Positions 41,460-50,569 of a DNA stretch of 64,000 nucleotides are shown piece by piece. The position numbers were made by a program, and so were the translations under genes. Location: positions 58,062-122,061 of the IMG/VR virus record IMGVR_UViG_2974645756_000001. One strand, given 5' to 3'. This DNA comes from a virus. Each line of letters starts with the position of its first letter. Position 1 is the first letter of the stretch. The notes below the pieces were generated by a model that made no database searches, had not been told where the DNA came from, and saw only the letters and a program-made list of their open reading frames with translations.

Positions 41460-43388
41460 ATGAAACAAGAGTTAGTAAATAAGTTAAAAGATTATATTGA
41501 CCTAACATCTAATATTGTTGGGTTTGACTTCTATGGTACATTAGATAAGACTGAACGTAGAATAAATCTAGCAACATATTCAGTAGAAAAAGAGTTAACC
41601 AAAGCATATAAGAGGTTTGAAGAGTCTCAATATGAACTTACAGCACATCATTTAAAATTAGCTATACAAGAGGCTGGTGATTTTAGATTAAATGCACACT
41701 TAGGTTCATTGGAAGAAATTAACCAACTAGAGGAACTGTTACAAACAACCAAAGATGTTTTGTATGGTTCATTATCAGAAGTTATTAATAATACTAGAAA
41801 GTCCATAGCTAAACACTACTACGATGAATCACAATTCAATATTACCTTAGATGAATTAAGTGATAAGGTTAACATATCAATGGTAAGTGAATTGATTGAT
41901 GAATTAATGTCAGGTAATCTTATCAAGACATATGTTATTAAAGGTTCTGAAAATATCAATGCAGATAACGTACAATGGCTTAATAATATATTGGTGACTG
42001 AAAACCTAACCAATACATTAGATAGTCTTAAATTGATGCATACAGAGCCAAATTTAGCACGTATTATACCGATTCTATCATATAACACTAGAATAGAATT
42101 ATATTCGTTCTTTTCTATTGCAGTAGTTAGTGAAAACGGTGTTGTATTATTATCAGATAATACAGAATTTGATAACCCACATACTGCAACAGCATCTAGG
42201 AATCCATATCGAAGACGTGAAGAGAATTTTGAAAGATTATCATTTCCTTACGACATTATATGGGATAAGAAATTAGGTGAGTATCAAAAGTTACCAATGA
42301 CAAATGGAAATAACTTTGCGACTTGGCAAATACCATTAAACACCATTTATTGGGATTCAATGATATTTATGAAAATGTTAGTTCAATGCTATGTTAATAT
42401 GTCCAAGGATAAAACTGTTGGTAATATAAAACACGTAGGTACGTTTGAGCAACAATTAAATACATTGTCACTACCACCATCAACAAAATTAACTGATGAT
42501 GGTCATTATAAAAAATTGAACTCTAAATGGAGTGGTGCGGAACAACACATAAAGGATATTGAAGAGTATTTAGAGTTATTTTCATCAGAACCAAGTGGTG
42601 CATTGGTTGAGGTTAATACAACCTTGGTTACATCAACAAAGGATTATAACCCAAATATGTTGGTAACAAAACAAAAAGCACATGAATTAGTTGAGTATTA
42701 TTCGAGAGAAAAGAAACGTTCAGAAGTACAAAATGTGTATGATGAGAGTAAGAAAAACCCAAGTAATCAAAGGTGGTATAGTCAATATTCATTAGATATA
42801 AAGAATTGGTTAATGGATGGTTTGCGAGATAATTTAGATACAATATTAAAGTTAGTCTATAGTGGTAATAAAGTTTTTATGGAATTACCATCAACAATTG
42901 ATACACATTGTAATTTTGGTGGTGGTGTGCCTCAATATACTAAAAAATATGTTGAGTTAACATCATATTCTAGTTATGCTGATGCTTGGTTAAATGAGGA
43001 TATGTACTGGTGTATTTATAATGATGAACAAACAGCTAAGAGGTCTGTTATGTTCAGTATTAAACACTACTGGCAGATGATGGAGTTAACCAACACACCA
43101 AATAGAAAAGATTTACCTAAATCTTTAGCGATGTATAAGTGTAGTAATTTAATACCTTATGTTGGTAATACTATATTAAGAGACACCGACCCATTAATGC
43201 GTTTATATGACCCAGCATCAAAGGCATTTTCAAACGGTATTGATGTTATGTTTAAGGTTAGTGGACGTTCGGATAATAAACTAAAGAAAAAATACTTTAA
43301 GTATGATAAGTGTATTAAAATGTTAGATGGTACATTTATGAATATGGAAGAGTTTATCACAAAATATAAAATAAAAAATGAAAAATAA
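41460..43388 (+). CDS. hypothetical protein
   Basis: 642-aa intact ORF downstream of a stem-loop+TATATTTG cassette (about 41247..41290). Confidence 0.75.
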   Translation: MKQELVNKLKDYIDLTSNIVGFDFYGTLDKTERRINLATYSVEKELTKAYKRFEESQYELTAHHLKLAIQEAGDFRLNAHLGSLEEINQLEELLQTTKDVLYGSLSEVINNTRKSIAKHYYDESQFNITLDELSDKVNISMVSELIDELMSGNLIKTYVIKGSENINADNVQWLNNILVTENLTNTLDSLKLMHTEPNLARIIPILSYNTRIELYSFFSIAVVSENGVVLLSDNTEFDNPHTATASRNPYRRREENFERLSFPYDIIWDKKLGEYQKLPMTNGNNFATWQIPLNTIYWDSMIFMKMLVQCYVNMSKDKTVGNIKHVGTFEQQLNTLSLPPSTKLTDDGHYKKLNSKWSGAEQHIKDIEEYLELFSSEPSGALVEVNTTLVTSTKDYNPNMLVTKQKAHELVEYYSREKKRSEVQNVYDESKKNPSNQRWYSQYSLDIKNWLMDGLRDNLDTILKLVYSGNKVFMELPSTIDTHCNFGGGVPQYTKKYVELTSYSSYADAWLNEDMYWCIYNDEQTAKRSVMFSIKHYWQMMELTNTPNRKDLPKSLAMYKCSNLIPYVGNTILRDTDPLMRLYDPASKAFSNGIDVMFKVSGRSDNKLKKKYFKYDKCIKMLDGTFMNMEEFITKYKIKNEK

Positions 43389-43947
43389 ATTAGAATTAGA
43401 ATTAGTTAGCAAGTGTTGGGAACTTAACTTGGATAAGATTCTACACGGTGACCACTACAATATTGGTGATTTTACTGTACATACGGATGTTAAAAATGAG
43501 AACCGAAACGATGCAAAAACAAAAATTATGAAAGATATTCATTGGCTTTGTGGACTTAATTTAAATGATAATGATGAGACAGAAGTTACATACTTAAATA
43601 TTCCTATAAAGAGGTGTAAAGTTGGTGATAAGTTTTTATTTGAGGGTGAACCTAAATCAAAATATCAAATAGAAGAAATTCTAAAGGAACGTAAGCGAAT
43701 TGATGAGTTGAAAAAGTTTGCTGAGGACAACAAAGGTAAGTTCTGCTACATACAAAAATACGACTACTATAAACCAAATAGAAGTGGTTATACACAATAT
43801 AGAACAAAGGCTGGTGTTTATGAAGTAGCTGATGCGGTTGATTCTGCAATTAAATGTAGAGATTTATCATTAGTTCTTATTGATATAGATGAACACAATA
43901 AGAATATACTTGAAGAAATTGAAGACCTTAAAACAAGATTATTATGA
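43378..43947 (+). CDS. hypothetical protein
   Basis: 189-aa ORF. Confidence 0.65.
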   Translation: MKNKLELELVSKCWELNLDKILHGDHYNIGDFTVHTDVKNENRNDAKTKIMKDIHWLCGLNLNDNDETEVTYLNIPIKRCKVGDKFLFEGEPKSKYQIEEILKERKRIDELKKFAEDNKGKFCYIQKYDYYKPNRSGYTQYRTKAGVYEVADAVDSAIKCRDLSLVLIDIDEHNKNILEEIEDLKTRLL

Positions 43948-44262
43948 GAACGGTAACAATAGTACAAGTTTGGAATGAATTTGACATGAGTAAAAATGAT
44001 ACGTACCCAAAATCTGCTGGTAAGTATCTAGTTGATATATTTCACAGCGTTATATACAGAAATGTATAAAAACGTTATTACAAATTTCAATGGCATAAAA
44101 CATTATTTATTATGTCATTTACTACATCAGAAAACCCAGTTCAATTACATACCTTAGAGAAAGGTACGCGTTTTGTTAAATCATTTAGGGGGTTTTTGCG
44201 TCTTTTTCATTTTAAACATTTTAAATATCTTTTATTTTTTCTTTATTGCTGTGTCTTCTTTG

Positions 44263-44652
44263 CTACTCATTTTCTTCTTTTATTATATTCGAACTTCCTA
44301 GTACTTCCATTGCTTCTTCATCTGATATGCAGTGCGCTATTCCTATTACTTCCCCATCTTCGTCAACTTCTATATATGTATAAGTTTCTTTTATTTCGTA
44401 TGTATATACATCTTCTTCAATTATTTTCATCCCTTCCTCTAGGTCTTCCTTTTCTATTATATATTCTTCTCTAGATATATCATATATTCCTCCTTCTATT
44501 TCCACGTATTCATCCCCGTGTTTTCCCTCGTGAAACTCGTTAAACATTATTTTTGTGAATGTTTTTCTTGCTTCTTTGTAGTTTTCTTCTTCTATCGTGT
44601 TTATTAACTTAGGTTCTTGCCCCTCTCTTTTTTTGTAAATGTTGTAAATCAT
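44263..44652 (-). CDS. highly acidic hypothetical protein; the only clear minus-strand gene
   Basis: 129 aa, Glu/Ile-rich, with its own minus-strand promoter and A-rich leader. Confidence 0.75.
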   Translation of the reverse strand: MIYNIYKKREGQEPKLINTIEEENYKEARKTFTKIMFNEFHEGKHGDEYVEIEGGIYDISREEYIIEKEDLEEGMKIIEEDVYTYEIKETYTYIEVDEDGEVIGIAHCISDEEAMEVLGSSNIIKEENE

Positions 44653-44677
44653 CTTTGTTTATTTTTTGTTTCTTCTA

Positions 44678-44685
44678 CAAATATA
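44678..44685 (-). promoter_or_regulatory. TATATTTG promoter element (minus strand)
   Basis: CAAATATA on +; 25 nt upstream of the minus-strand ATG. Confidence 0.7.
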
Positions 44686-44820
44686 GTTCTTTTATTGCAT
44701 ATATGCAACTTTTATTTGTTAAATATTGCTTAAATGCTTGTTTTTCTTTTTTTAAGGTGTTTTTTGTAAATTTGTTAAATATGAAATATGGTAAGGTACA
44801 TACAGACAGTATTATAATGG

Positions 44821-44862
44821 TTAGTTCTAAAACACGGTGGTACCACCGTGTTTTAGAACTAA
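44821..44862. repeat. 42-bp perfect palindrome
   Basis: TTAGTTCTAAAACACGGTGGT|ACCACCGTGTTTTAGAACTAA. Confidence 0.9.
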
Positions 44863-45159
44863 AAAGGTCGTAATATTAACAATCTTGTTAACTGGTTTTC
44901 AAAATTGTCTTATTATAAATGGTTGAAAATTTTTGAATTTGAAAAAGGGAATGTTGGTAAAAAATATTTTTATCATACTTCTACAGGGTCTTATGGTTTT
45001 TGTTGATTTAAAAAATCTTATGAAGATAAGATGAATAGTGTTCCTGAGAAACACAAAGGATTTTTGCGAAATCAATTTAAACGATTATATGGTAATTAGG
45101 ATTTGTGTATGCAAATCATTTTTCTTATATTTGAATAATCAAATTTTGAACAACCATAC

Positions 45160-45173
45160 ATATATAAATAAAG
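45160..45173 (+). promoter_or_regulatory. class III (late) promoter containing an exact T4-type TATAAATA
   Basis: ATATATAAATAAAG, 6 nt before ATG 45180. Confidence 0.55.
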
Positions 45174-45179
45174 AACACT

Positions 45180-45488
45180 ATGAGCAACGTAAGATATAAA
45201 TCATTAATGGAGTCTGTAAAAAATTCTTTCTTTAAGGAAGAAATTAAAGATTTTTATCCGTATTTATGGGAAGATATGGAAACTTTAATTAAGCCATTAT
45301 TAGATACTAGATATAAAGTAACTTATGATAAGAAAAATGATATATTTTTTATTTATAAGGGTGGTAAAGAAGTTATCAGATATGATAGATATGATATGAT
45401 TTTATATACTGATATTCCAAAGGCTGATATTTTTATGGATGTTCAGTATAACAAGAAATTAGATAAACTTAAAAAACATTTCAAATAA
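45180..45488 (+). CDS. hypothetical protein, possibly head-associated
   Basis: MSNVRYKSLME-S N-terminus; late-type promoter. Confidence 0.55.
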   Translation: MSNVRYKSLMESVKNSFFKEEIKDFYPYLWEDMETLIKPLLDTRYKVTYDKKNDIFFIYKGGKEVIRYDRYDMILYTDIPKADIFMDVQYNKKLDKLKKHFK

Positions 45489-45491
45489 GAT

Positions 45492-46049
45492 ATGAAGTCA
45501 AAGACATTACGTGAGTTTGCTAGTGATGAAATCAAAGCAACGTTAAAGGAAGAGGGTGTTATTAAGAGAATTAAGAAAGGTTCATCAAGATTAAAGAAAG
45601 CTGGTAGTAAAGCTGTAAAAGGTGTTAAGTGGTTAACATCCGAGAACATTAACGAGGCTGTTGTGTTTAGTATTAAAGGTATTGGTGAATACTCTTTTAT
45701 GGTATTTGATGCTGATGATGTTAAGACCGCAGAGGCACAGGAAGTTGCTCAAATGTTAAGTGTTTCTGTTGCTGATGTGGTTGGTGTTAGTTCAAAAGAT
45801 AATCCAACACAATACACAAAGATAAGTAAGTTAATTACCAGCGCACAATTTAAAGAGGCACAACGTTCAGAATTGTATGAGGATTTAACTTGTAGTGGTA
45901 TTCTTACATGTTTCCGTACAGGTGTTAAGATTCCTGTAGTATTTTCATTCTATGATAATGGAAACAATGTACCTACTGCTATTGTATTTTGTGCAGTTAA
46001 TGATAAGCAAAGTTTAAAACAAATATTAAATAACACACCATACGTGTAA
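45492..46049 (+). CDS. hypothetical protein, possibly head-associated
   Basis: LRE, INE-A and LYE-D protease-type junctions. Confidence 0.55.
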   Translation: MKSKTLREFASDEIKATLKEEGVIKRIKKGSSRLKKAGSKAVKGVKWLTSENINEAVVFSIKGIGEYSFMVFDADDVKTAEAQEVAQMLSVSVADVVGVSSKDNPTQYTKISKLITSAQFKEAQRSELYEDLTCSGILTCFRTGVKIPVVFSFYDNGNNVPTAIVFCAVNDKQSLKQILNNTPYV

Positions 46050-46147
46050 CAAGTTCACCGAAATCTGCCGTTTACTGGGATTTTTGGTTTTTACTCGACA
46101 AGGTGGAAAGGGATGGCATTAGCCATCTCTTTCTTAATTTACATATA

Positions 46148-46160
46148 CATTGTTTAATAC
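46148..46160 (+). promoter_or_regulatory. class II motif CATTGTTTAATAC
   Basis: 34 nt before ATG 46195. Confidence 0.55.
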
Positions 46161-46194
46161 ATATAATATAAACTTAAATAAAATTATACAAATT

Positions 46195-46467
46195 ATGGCA
46201 AAATCAAAAACACGTAAAGGACACCGTAAAAGAGTTGCTAAAAGAAATACACAAGTAAAGGCAAACACGAATAGATTATTCAAAGAGTTTGAGAAAAATA
46301 TGGAACTTGCAAAGACTCAAAGAAATTTAGAGCGTGAGTATACAAAAGAAATTGCCAAGGAAAATACTGCTGGTGAATCAGCAGATGCTTTAAAAACAAC
46401 CGCACCTGATATTGGATTAGATACTACTAGTGCAATGTTAAACGCTATGAAAACAACAATAGACTAA
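46195..46467 (+). CDS. small protein with a basic N-terminus
   Basis: MAKSKTRKGHRKR. Confidence 0.6.
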   Translation: MAKSKTRKGHRKRVAKRNTQVKANTNRLFKEFEKNMELAKTQRNLEREYTKEIAKENTAGESADALKTTAPDIGLDTTSAMLNAMKTTID

Positions 46468-47244
46468 ATGGATACACAAGACTTACTTAAACAAATAAAA
46501 AAAAAGTCTTGGATAATACATACCGAATTAAAAAACGAGGGTCGAACAACTTTATCAACGTATAAGATGTTCGACCTTTTAAGTAAACCAAAGGATTGGG
46601 AAGATATCGCTAAATGCGTATCAGAAAATCCAAACCATGAACATTTCGGTAAATCAGTTCAAGATATTTTGGATACATGGCAATCCAAATCAAAGAAAGG
46701 TGCAGACCGTGGAATGACATTAGATAGGTATATAATAGCTAAGATTAATGGTATTACATTGAATGTTTCAACAATGGATGAAGCAGAACAAAAGAAATGT
46801 AAGCAATTTGATTTGTGTTATGATAGTATGTTATCAAAGATTCCTATTATTGGTCAAGAGATTTGGTTAAATTCACGACTTGGGTTAAAGGTTAGATTAG
46901 ATGCTTTATTCACAATACCAAACTCAAAGAATCAACCAAGCGCATTAATTATTGATTGGAAGAACAACGAGAACATTTCAATGACAAATAAGTGGCAGAT
47001 GATGCAAGGAACACTTAAAGGTATTGAAGAATGTGACATCAACAAAATGACCCTACAAACACACATATACAGATATATTTTAGATGAGTATGGAATTTTT
47101 AATGATATTAGAACACGAGTATTCCAATTCACAACCGAAGAATATAAAATACATAAAGAATCATTTATGTATGATAAGGACTTAATCGAAAGGACTGTTA
47201 AATATTGTTTTAAAGAATTAGAAAGACGTGAGAACAAAGGTTAA
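46468..47244 (+). CDS. PD-(D/E)XK (RecB/Cas4-like) exonuclease
   Basis: RG..LD, QE, RLDAL, IIDWK, LQTHIY. Confidence 0.75.
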   Translation: MDTQDLLKQIKKKSWIIHTELKNEGRTTLSTYKMFDLLSKPKDWEDIAKCVSENPNHEHFGKSVQDILDTWQSKSKKGADRGMTLDRYIIAKINGITLNVSTMDEAEQKKCKQFDLCYDSMLSKIPIIGQEIWLNSRLGLKVRLDALFTIPNSKNQPSALIIDWKNNENISMTNKWQMMQGTLKGIEECDINKMTLQTHIYRYILDEYGIFNDIRTRVFQFTTEEYKIHKESFMYDKDLIERTVKYCFKELERRENKG

Positions 47245-47568
47245 TCACATTAGAAATGTATATGATGTTTATATAGGTCGTGCGAGATATTGTGACCGAC
47301 TAAATAATGACCCAATCACATACGATACTGATTTAAATTATCTATCAAAAATTGGATACTTCTCTAATCCATATAAACTAGAACCAAACGCACCCTTGGT
47401 GCTACACTTCCGCAATTCAGAAAGTATTTTTATCATAGGTTGAAAACTGATGATGTATTTAAACATCATATATACCAACTAAAAGGAAAACAACTAGGGT
47501 GTTTTTGTTCACCTAGTACATGTCATGGCTCAATAATATGTGAATATTTGAATAAAATTTATAAGTAG
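47228..47568 (+). CDS. DUF4326-family protein (one 1-nt indel near 47395)
   Basis: DVYIGR..NPY, then in the shifted frame LKGKQLGCFCSPSTCHG. Confidence 0.75.
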
Positions 47569-47609
47569 TAAATCCGCACCAGTTGGTGCGGATTCTTTAT
47601 TTGATACTA

Positions 47610-47622
47610 CATTGTTTAATAC
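47610..47622 (+). promoter_or_regulatory. class II motif CATTGTTTAATAC
   Basis: 21 nt before ATG 47644; follows the AATCCGCACC/GGTGCGGATT terminator. Confidence 0.55.
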
Positions 47623-47643
47623 TTAAAAATAATATTTATATAA

Positions 47644-48618
47644 ATGATAGATTTACCAAAAGATGAAAAACTAGTAGTTATTATCAATGGTCGTCCAACA
47701 GCAGGAAAAGACAAATTTGTTGAGTATGTGAGTTCTAATTCAGATATGATAAACAAAAAAGTCGGTAATTATAGCTCTGTTGGCAACGTAAAGGCATCTG
47801 CATCAATTTTAGGATGGGATGGTACAAAGACTGATGATAATAGAAATGCACTTTCCGAACTTAAAGTAATTAGTGAATCGTTATGGAACGGAACTACCAA
47901 TTATATGTTAAATATGATTGAGAATAATAACAACCACATTACATTCTTACATATTCGTGAGATTGAAAGTATTAATAAGATGGTTGGTGTATGTAATGAA
48001 AACGGATATAAAGTTATTACATTATATGTTGACCGTGATGTTGAAGTAACTGCCGATAATGAGGGTGACTGTGATGCATTATATCCTGAGTTATATCCAT
48101 ATGCACATATTATTGATAACAATAATACATTATATGACTTAGAAAACAAAGCAAAGAATTTCTTATTATTTGTTAGTGATTTAAGTAAGATTCCAACACA
48201 AACAAAGATTGAATTAAAAGACCCTAAAGAATTAGATGTTGTTTATGTGTCTTTGAGTGGTACATTTGATACTTATGGTGAGTTATTAAATGCGTGTGGT
48301 AATATTAATGTAATTAAAGAGAATTTAGCTAGATTTTCAGGTGCTAAGATTATCAGCGAACATTGCGACAACAGACACGAAATTATGCAACGTGAATGGA
48401 AGTTTCCAGTAGATTTTCCACACAATGAATTACCTAGATTCGGTTCAGTTGGTGTATTTGATTATGACTCTAACTGGAATAGTTTAGTAGGATTGTTGAG
48501 ACTTTCTGAATATGATGGGACAGTTTATCTAAATGACCGACAAAAGACCTTTGAATGTGTTGCATTACACATACACAACACAAAGGATATTGAAGATATT
48601 GACTTACCAAATATGTAA
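47644..48618 (+). CDS. dNMP-kinase-like P-loop protein with an unknown C-terminal domain
   Basis: NGRPTAGKD, FLHIRE, IIDNNNTL; about 140 extra C-terminal residues. Confidence 0.65.
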   Translation: MIDLPKDEKLVVIINGRPTAGKDKFVEYVSSNSDMINKKVGNYSSVGNVKASASILGWDGTKTDDNRNALSELKVISESLWNGTTNYMLNMIENNNNHITFLHIREIESINKMVGVCNENGYKVITLYVDRDVEVTADNEGDCDALYPELYPYAHIIDNNNTLYDLENKAKNFLLFVSDLSKIPTQTKIELKDPKELDVVYVSLSGTFDTYGELLNACGNINVIKENLARFSGAKIISEHCDNRHEIMQREWKFPVDFPHNELPRFGSVGVFDYDSNWNSLVGLLRLSEYDGTVYLNDRQKTFECVALHIHNTKDIEDIDLPNM

Positions 48619-48622
48619 TAAA

Positions 48623-49093
48623 ATGAAACAAACAAAAATTATTTGTGGTTTCCCTGGCGTGGGTAAATCACACCTTTATCGAAACCAAATGAAATATGGT
48701 TTAAAGATTCTAGATAGTGATAGTTCAACATTTGATAAGACAGAATTTCCTGATAACTATATCAAACACATCAAAGAAAATATTGGTAAAGCTGATGTTA
48801 TTTTAGTATCATCACACAAAGAAGTTCGTGATGCATTGGTTGCCGAGAAATTACCACATTACTTTGTACATCCTTGTATTTCTATGAATATGGTTTATAA
48901 AAAACGCTATGAGGATAGAGGAAGTGATGAAAAATTCATCAATCTTATAATGAATAATTGGGATACTTGGATTCGTGAAATACTTGATGAAGAACCATCA
49001 ATATATAGAACTAATATTAAAATTGTCTATGATACAATGACAAATGTTGTTACTAGTTTATTTAATATTGAAACCCCAAATGATATTGAGTGA
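48623..49093 (+). CDS. P-loop nucleotide-kinase-like protein
   Basis: GFPGVGKS, DSDSS, RG. Confidence 0.7.
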   Translation: MKQTKIICGFPGVGKSHLYRNQMKYGLKILDSDSSTFDKTEFPDNYIKHIKENIGKADVILVSSHKEVRDALVAEKLPHYFVHPCISMNMVYKKRYEDRGSDEKFINLIMNNWDTWIREILDEEPSIYRTNIKIVYDTMTNVVTSLFNIETPNDIE

Positions 49094-49367
49094 AGACCAC
49101 ATTAAACAACATGGTTTTGAATCAGCACTAAAGGCATATAATGAAGATGAACTATTAGAACTTTTAAAGAAATCAGTATATGATTTAAATCTAACATTAC
49201 ATGAGGTTAATAATAGAGGTATGTTTGTTACAGTAGCACAAACCACACAACATTCAGAAAGTCCTAAATACCGACACGATATAACAGAAATTAGAAATAT
49301 TAAATTAGTATCACTTGATAAAAATTTATACAGAAAATCACCACTAAACAAATCAAATGAAAAATAA
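49080..49367 (+). CDS. hypothetical protein
   Basis: start moved to ATG 49080. Confidence 0.55.
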   Translation: MILSEDHIKQHGFESALKAYNEDELLELLKKSVYDLNLTLHEVNNRGMFVTVAQTTQHSESPKYRHDITEIRNIKLVSLDKNLYRKSPLNKSNEK

Positions 49368-49809
49368 TAAATTAAAACATTTTACGGATGCTGTAACAGC
49401 ATTCCACACAGCATTTAACGCACCAGTATCACACGAACCAACATTAATTACAAAAGACCGTTCGGATTTACGTTTTGAATTAATGCGTGAAGAGAATCAA
49501 GAATATGCGGATGCGGTAAAGGATGGTAATTTAATTGAAGTTGGTGATGCCCTTGGTGATATGTTATACATTCTTTGTGGTACTATTATCGAACATGGAA
49601 TGCAACATAAAATTACTGAGGTGTTTGATGAGATACAAGCATCTAATATGTCTAAGTTGGGTGAGGATGGTAAACCAATCTTACGAGAAGATGGTAAGAT
49701 TTTAAAGGGTAAGAATTACTTTAAACCAAACATTGCACAATTCTTTGAGAGTATATATGTAAAGGAACTTAGATATTTATTAGATGGTAGGATTGCAGAT
49801 AACAAATAA
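49357..49809 (+). CDS. MazG-superfamily NTP pyrophosphohydrolase (PRA-PH-like)
   Basis: LMREENQEY, DALGDMLY, SNMSKL, REDGKILKG. Confidence 0.88.
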   Translation: MKNNKLKHFTDAVTAFHTAFNAPVSHEPTLITKDRSDLRFELMREENQEYADAVKDGNLIEVGDALGDMLYILCGTIIEHGMQHKITEVFDEIQASNMSKLGEDGKPILREDGKILKGKNYFKPNIAQFFESIYVKELRYLLDGRIADNK

Positions 49810-49814
49810 TTCAC

Positions 49815-49860
49815 TATATTTGTCATGTAAATGTGAAACATTAGTGATGGCTACGCCATC
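49815..49860 (+). promoter_or_regulatory. TATATTTG promoter plus two-hairpin leader (AATGT-GAA-ACATT; GATGGC-TAC-GCCATC)
   Basis: matches the 10838 and 52081 copies. Confidence 0.7.
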
Positions 49861-49881
49861 TAATAATTAAAACACCGAGTT

Positions 49882-50157
49882 ATGGCAAGCGACAAATTAA
49901 TAACAATAAGAAACAAAGAGTACGTTATTTTAGCAGAGAAACCAAATAAGTATGAGAATCTTTATAAAGGTTGTGATACTGAGGTTTTGTTAGGTATACG
50001 TGGTAAGCGTGGTAATTTATTAAAAACCCTTTACACTTCTGCATATGATGCTAAAACTGGCAAAACGTACATTCCGCTTGCATATCCATTTGCAACACTT
50101 CAAGAAATAATAAATTCTGAAAATAGTTGCGGTTGGAATATTTTAACAAAAAACTAG
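49882..50157 (+). CDS. small hypothetical protein
   Basis: single-gene unit between a promoter and the AAAAACTAGAAAT..ATTTCTAGTTTTT hairpin. Confidence 0.6.
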   Translation: MASDKLITIRNKEYVILAEKPNKYENLYKGCDTEVLLGIRGKRGNLLKTLYTSAYDAKTGKTYIPLAYPFATLQEIINSENSCGWNILTKN

Positions 50158-50188
50158 AAATTCTTTTGGATTTCTAGTTTTTATTATT

Positions 50189-50225
50189 TATATTTGTAAG
50201 GTAAATGAGTGATGGTTAACCCATC
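50189..50225 (+). promoter_or_regulatory. TATATTTG promoter plus GATGG-TTAAC-CCATC leader hairpin
   Basis: near-copy of the 17893 leader. Confidence 0.7.
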
Positions 50226-50242
50226 CATTAAAAATAAAACAG

Positions 50243-50569
50243 ATGAAAAATTTATTAGTATTAAACGTAGTTAATGTTGCAGAAGAAACAAACATAGCTA
50301 ACATGTTAAGATTAGATGTTAGTTATAATAATGTTAATTTAGGTTCTGTGGTTTTGTTTGATTTTAGTAAAGATTTTGATAGATTAGAATCATCATTAAA
50401 AGACTTATTAACACTTAGTGATAACGAGATTCAAGAACTTTCATACATAAATTGTGAGAATACTTTATCTATTGAACAAGGTGTATTGACCATTGATGAT
50501 GACAATACAGGTGATATAAATAAGGTAACACTAAAAGACGTAACCACAATATTTATAAACAAAAACTAA
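50243..50569 (+). CDS. hypothetical protein
   Basis: 108-aa acidic ORF. Confidence 0.6.
   Translation: MKNLLVLNVVNVAEETNIANMLRLDVSYNNVNLGSVVLFDFSKDFDRLESSLKDLLTLSDNEIQELSYINCENTLSIEQGVLTIDDDNTGDINKVTLKDVTTIFINKN

Noticed and set aside
44112-44474. Plus-strand 120-aa Leu/Phe-rich ORF that looks like a membrane protein
   Set aside because: Largely the antisense shadow of the purine-rich minus-strand gene, which has a proper promoter and leader
44850-44862. GTTTTAGAACTA resembles the start of type II-A CRISPR repeats (GTTTTAGAGCTA)
   Set aside because: Single occurrence as one arm of a palindrome; no repeat-spacer periodicity or cas gene
46112-46127. GATGGC-ATTA-GCCATC as a sixth copy of the leader hairpin
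   Set aside because: Not downstream of a TAnnTTTG promoter; it is part of a longer 12-bp stem with a T-rich tail, so more likely a terminator
46468-47244. Cas4 as part of a CRISPR-Cas locus
   Set aside because: No four-Cys Fe-S motif, no array and no other cas genes; ordinary phage PD-(D/E)XK exonuclease
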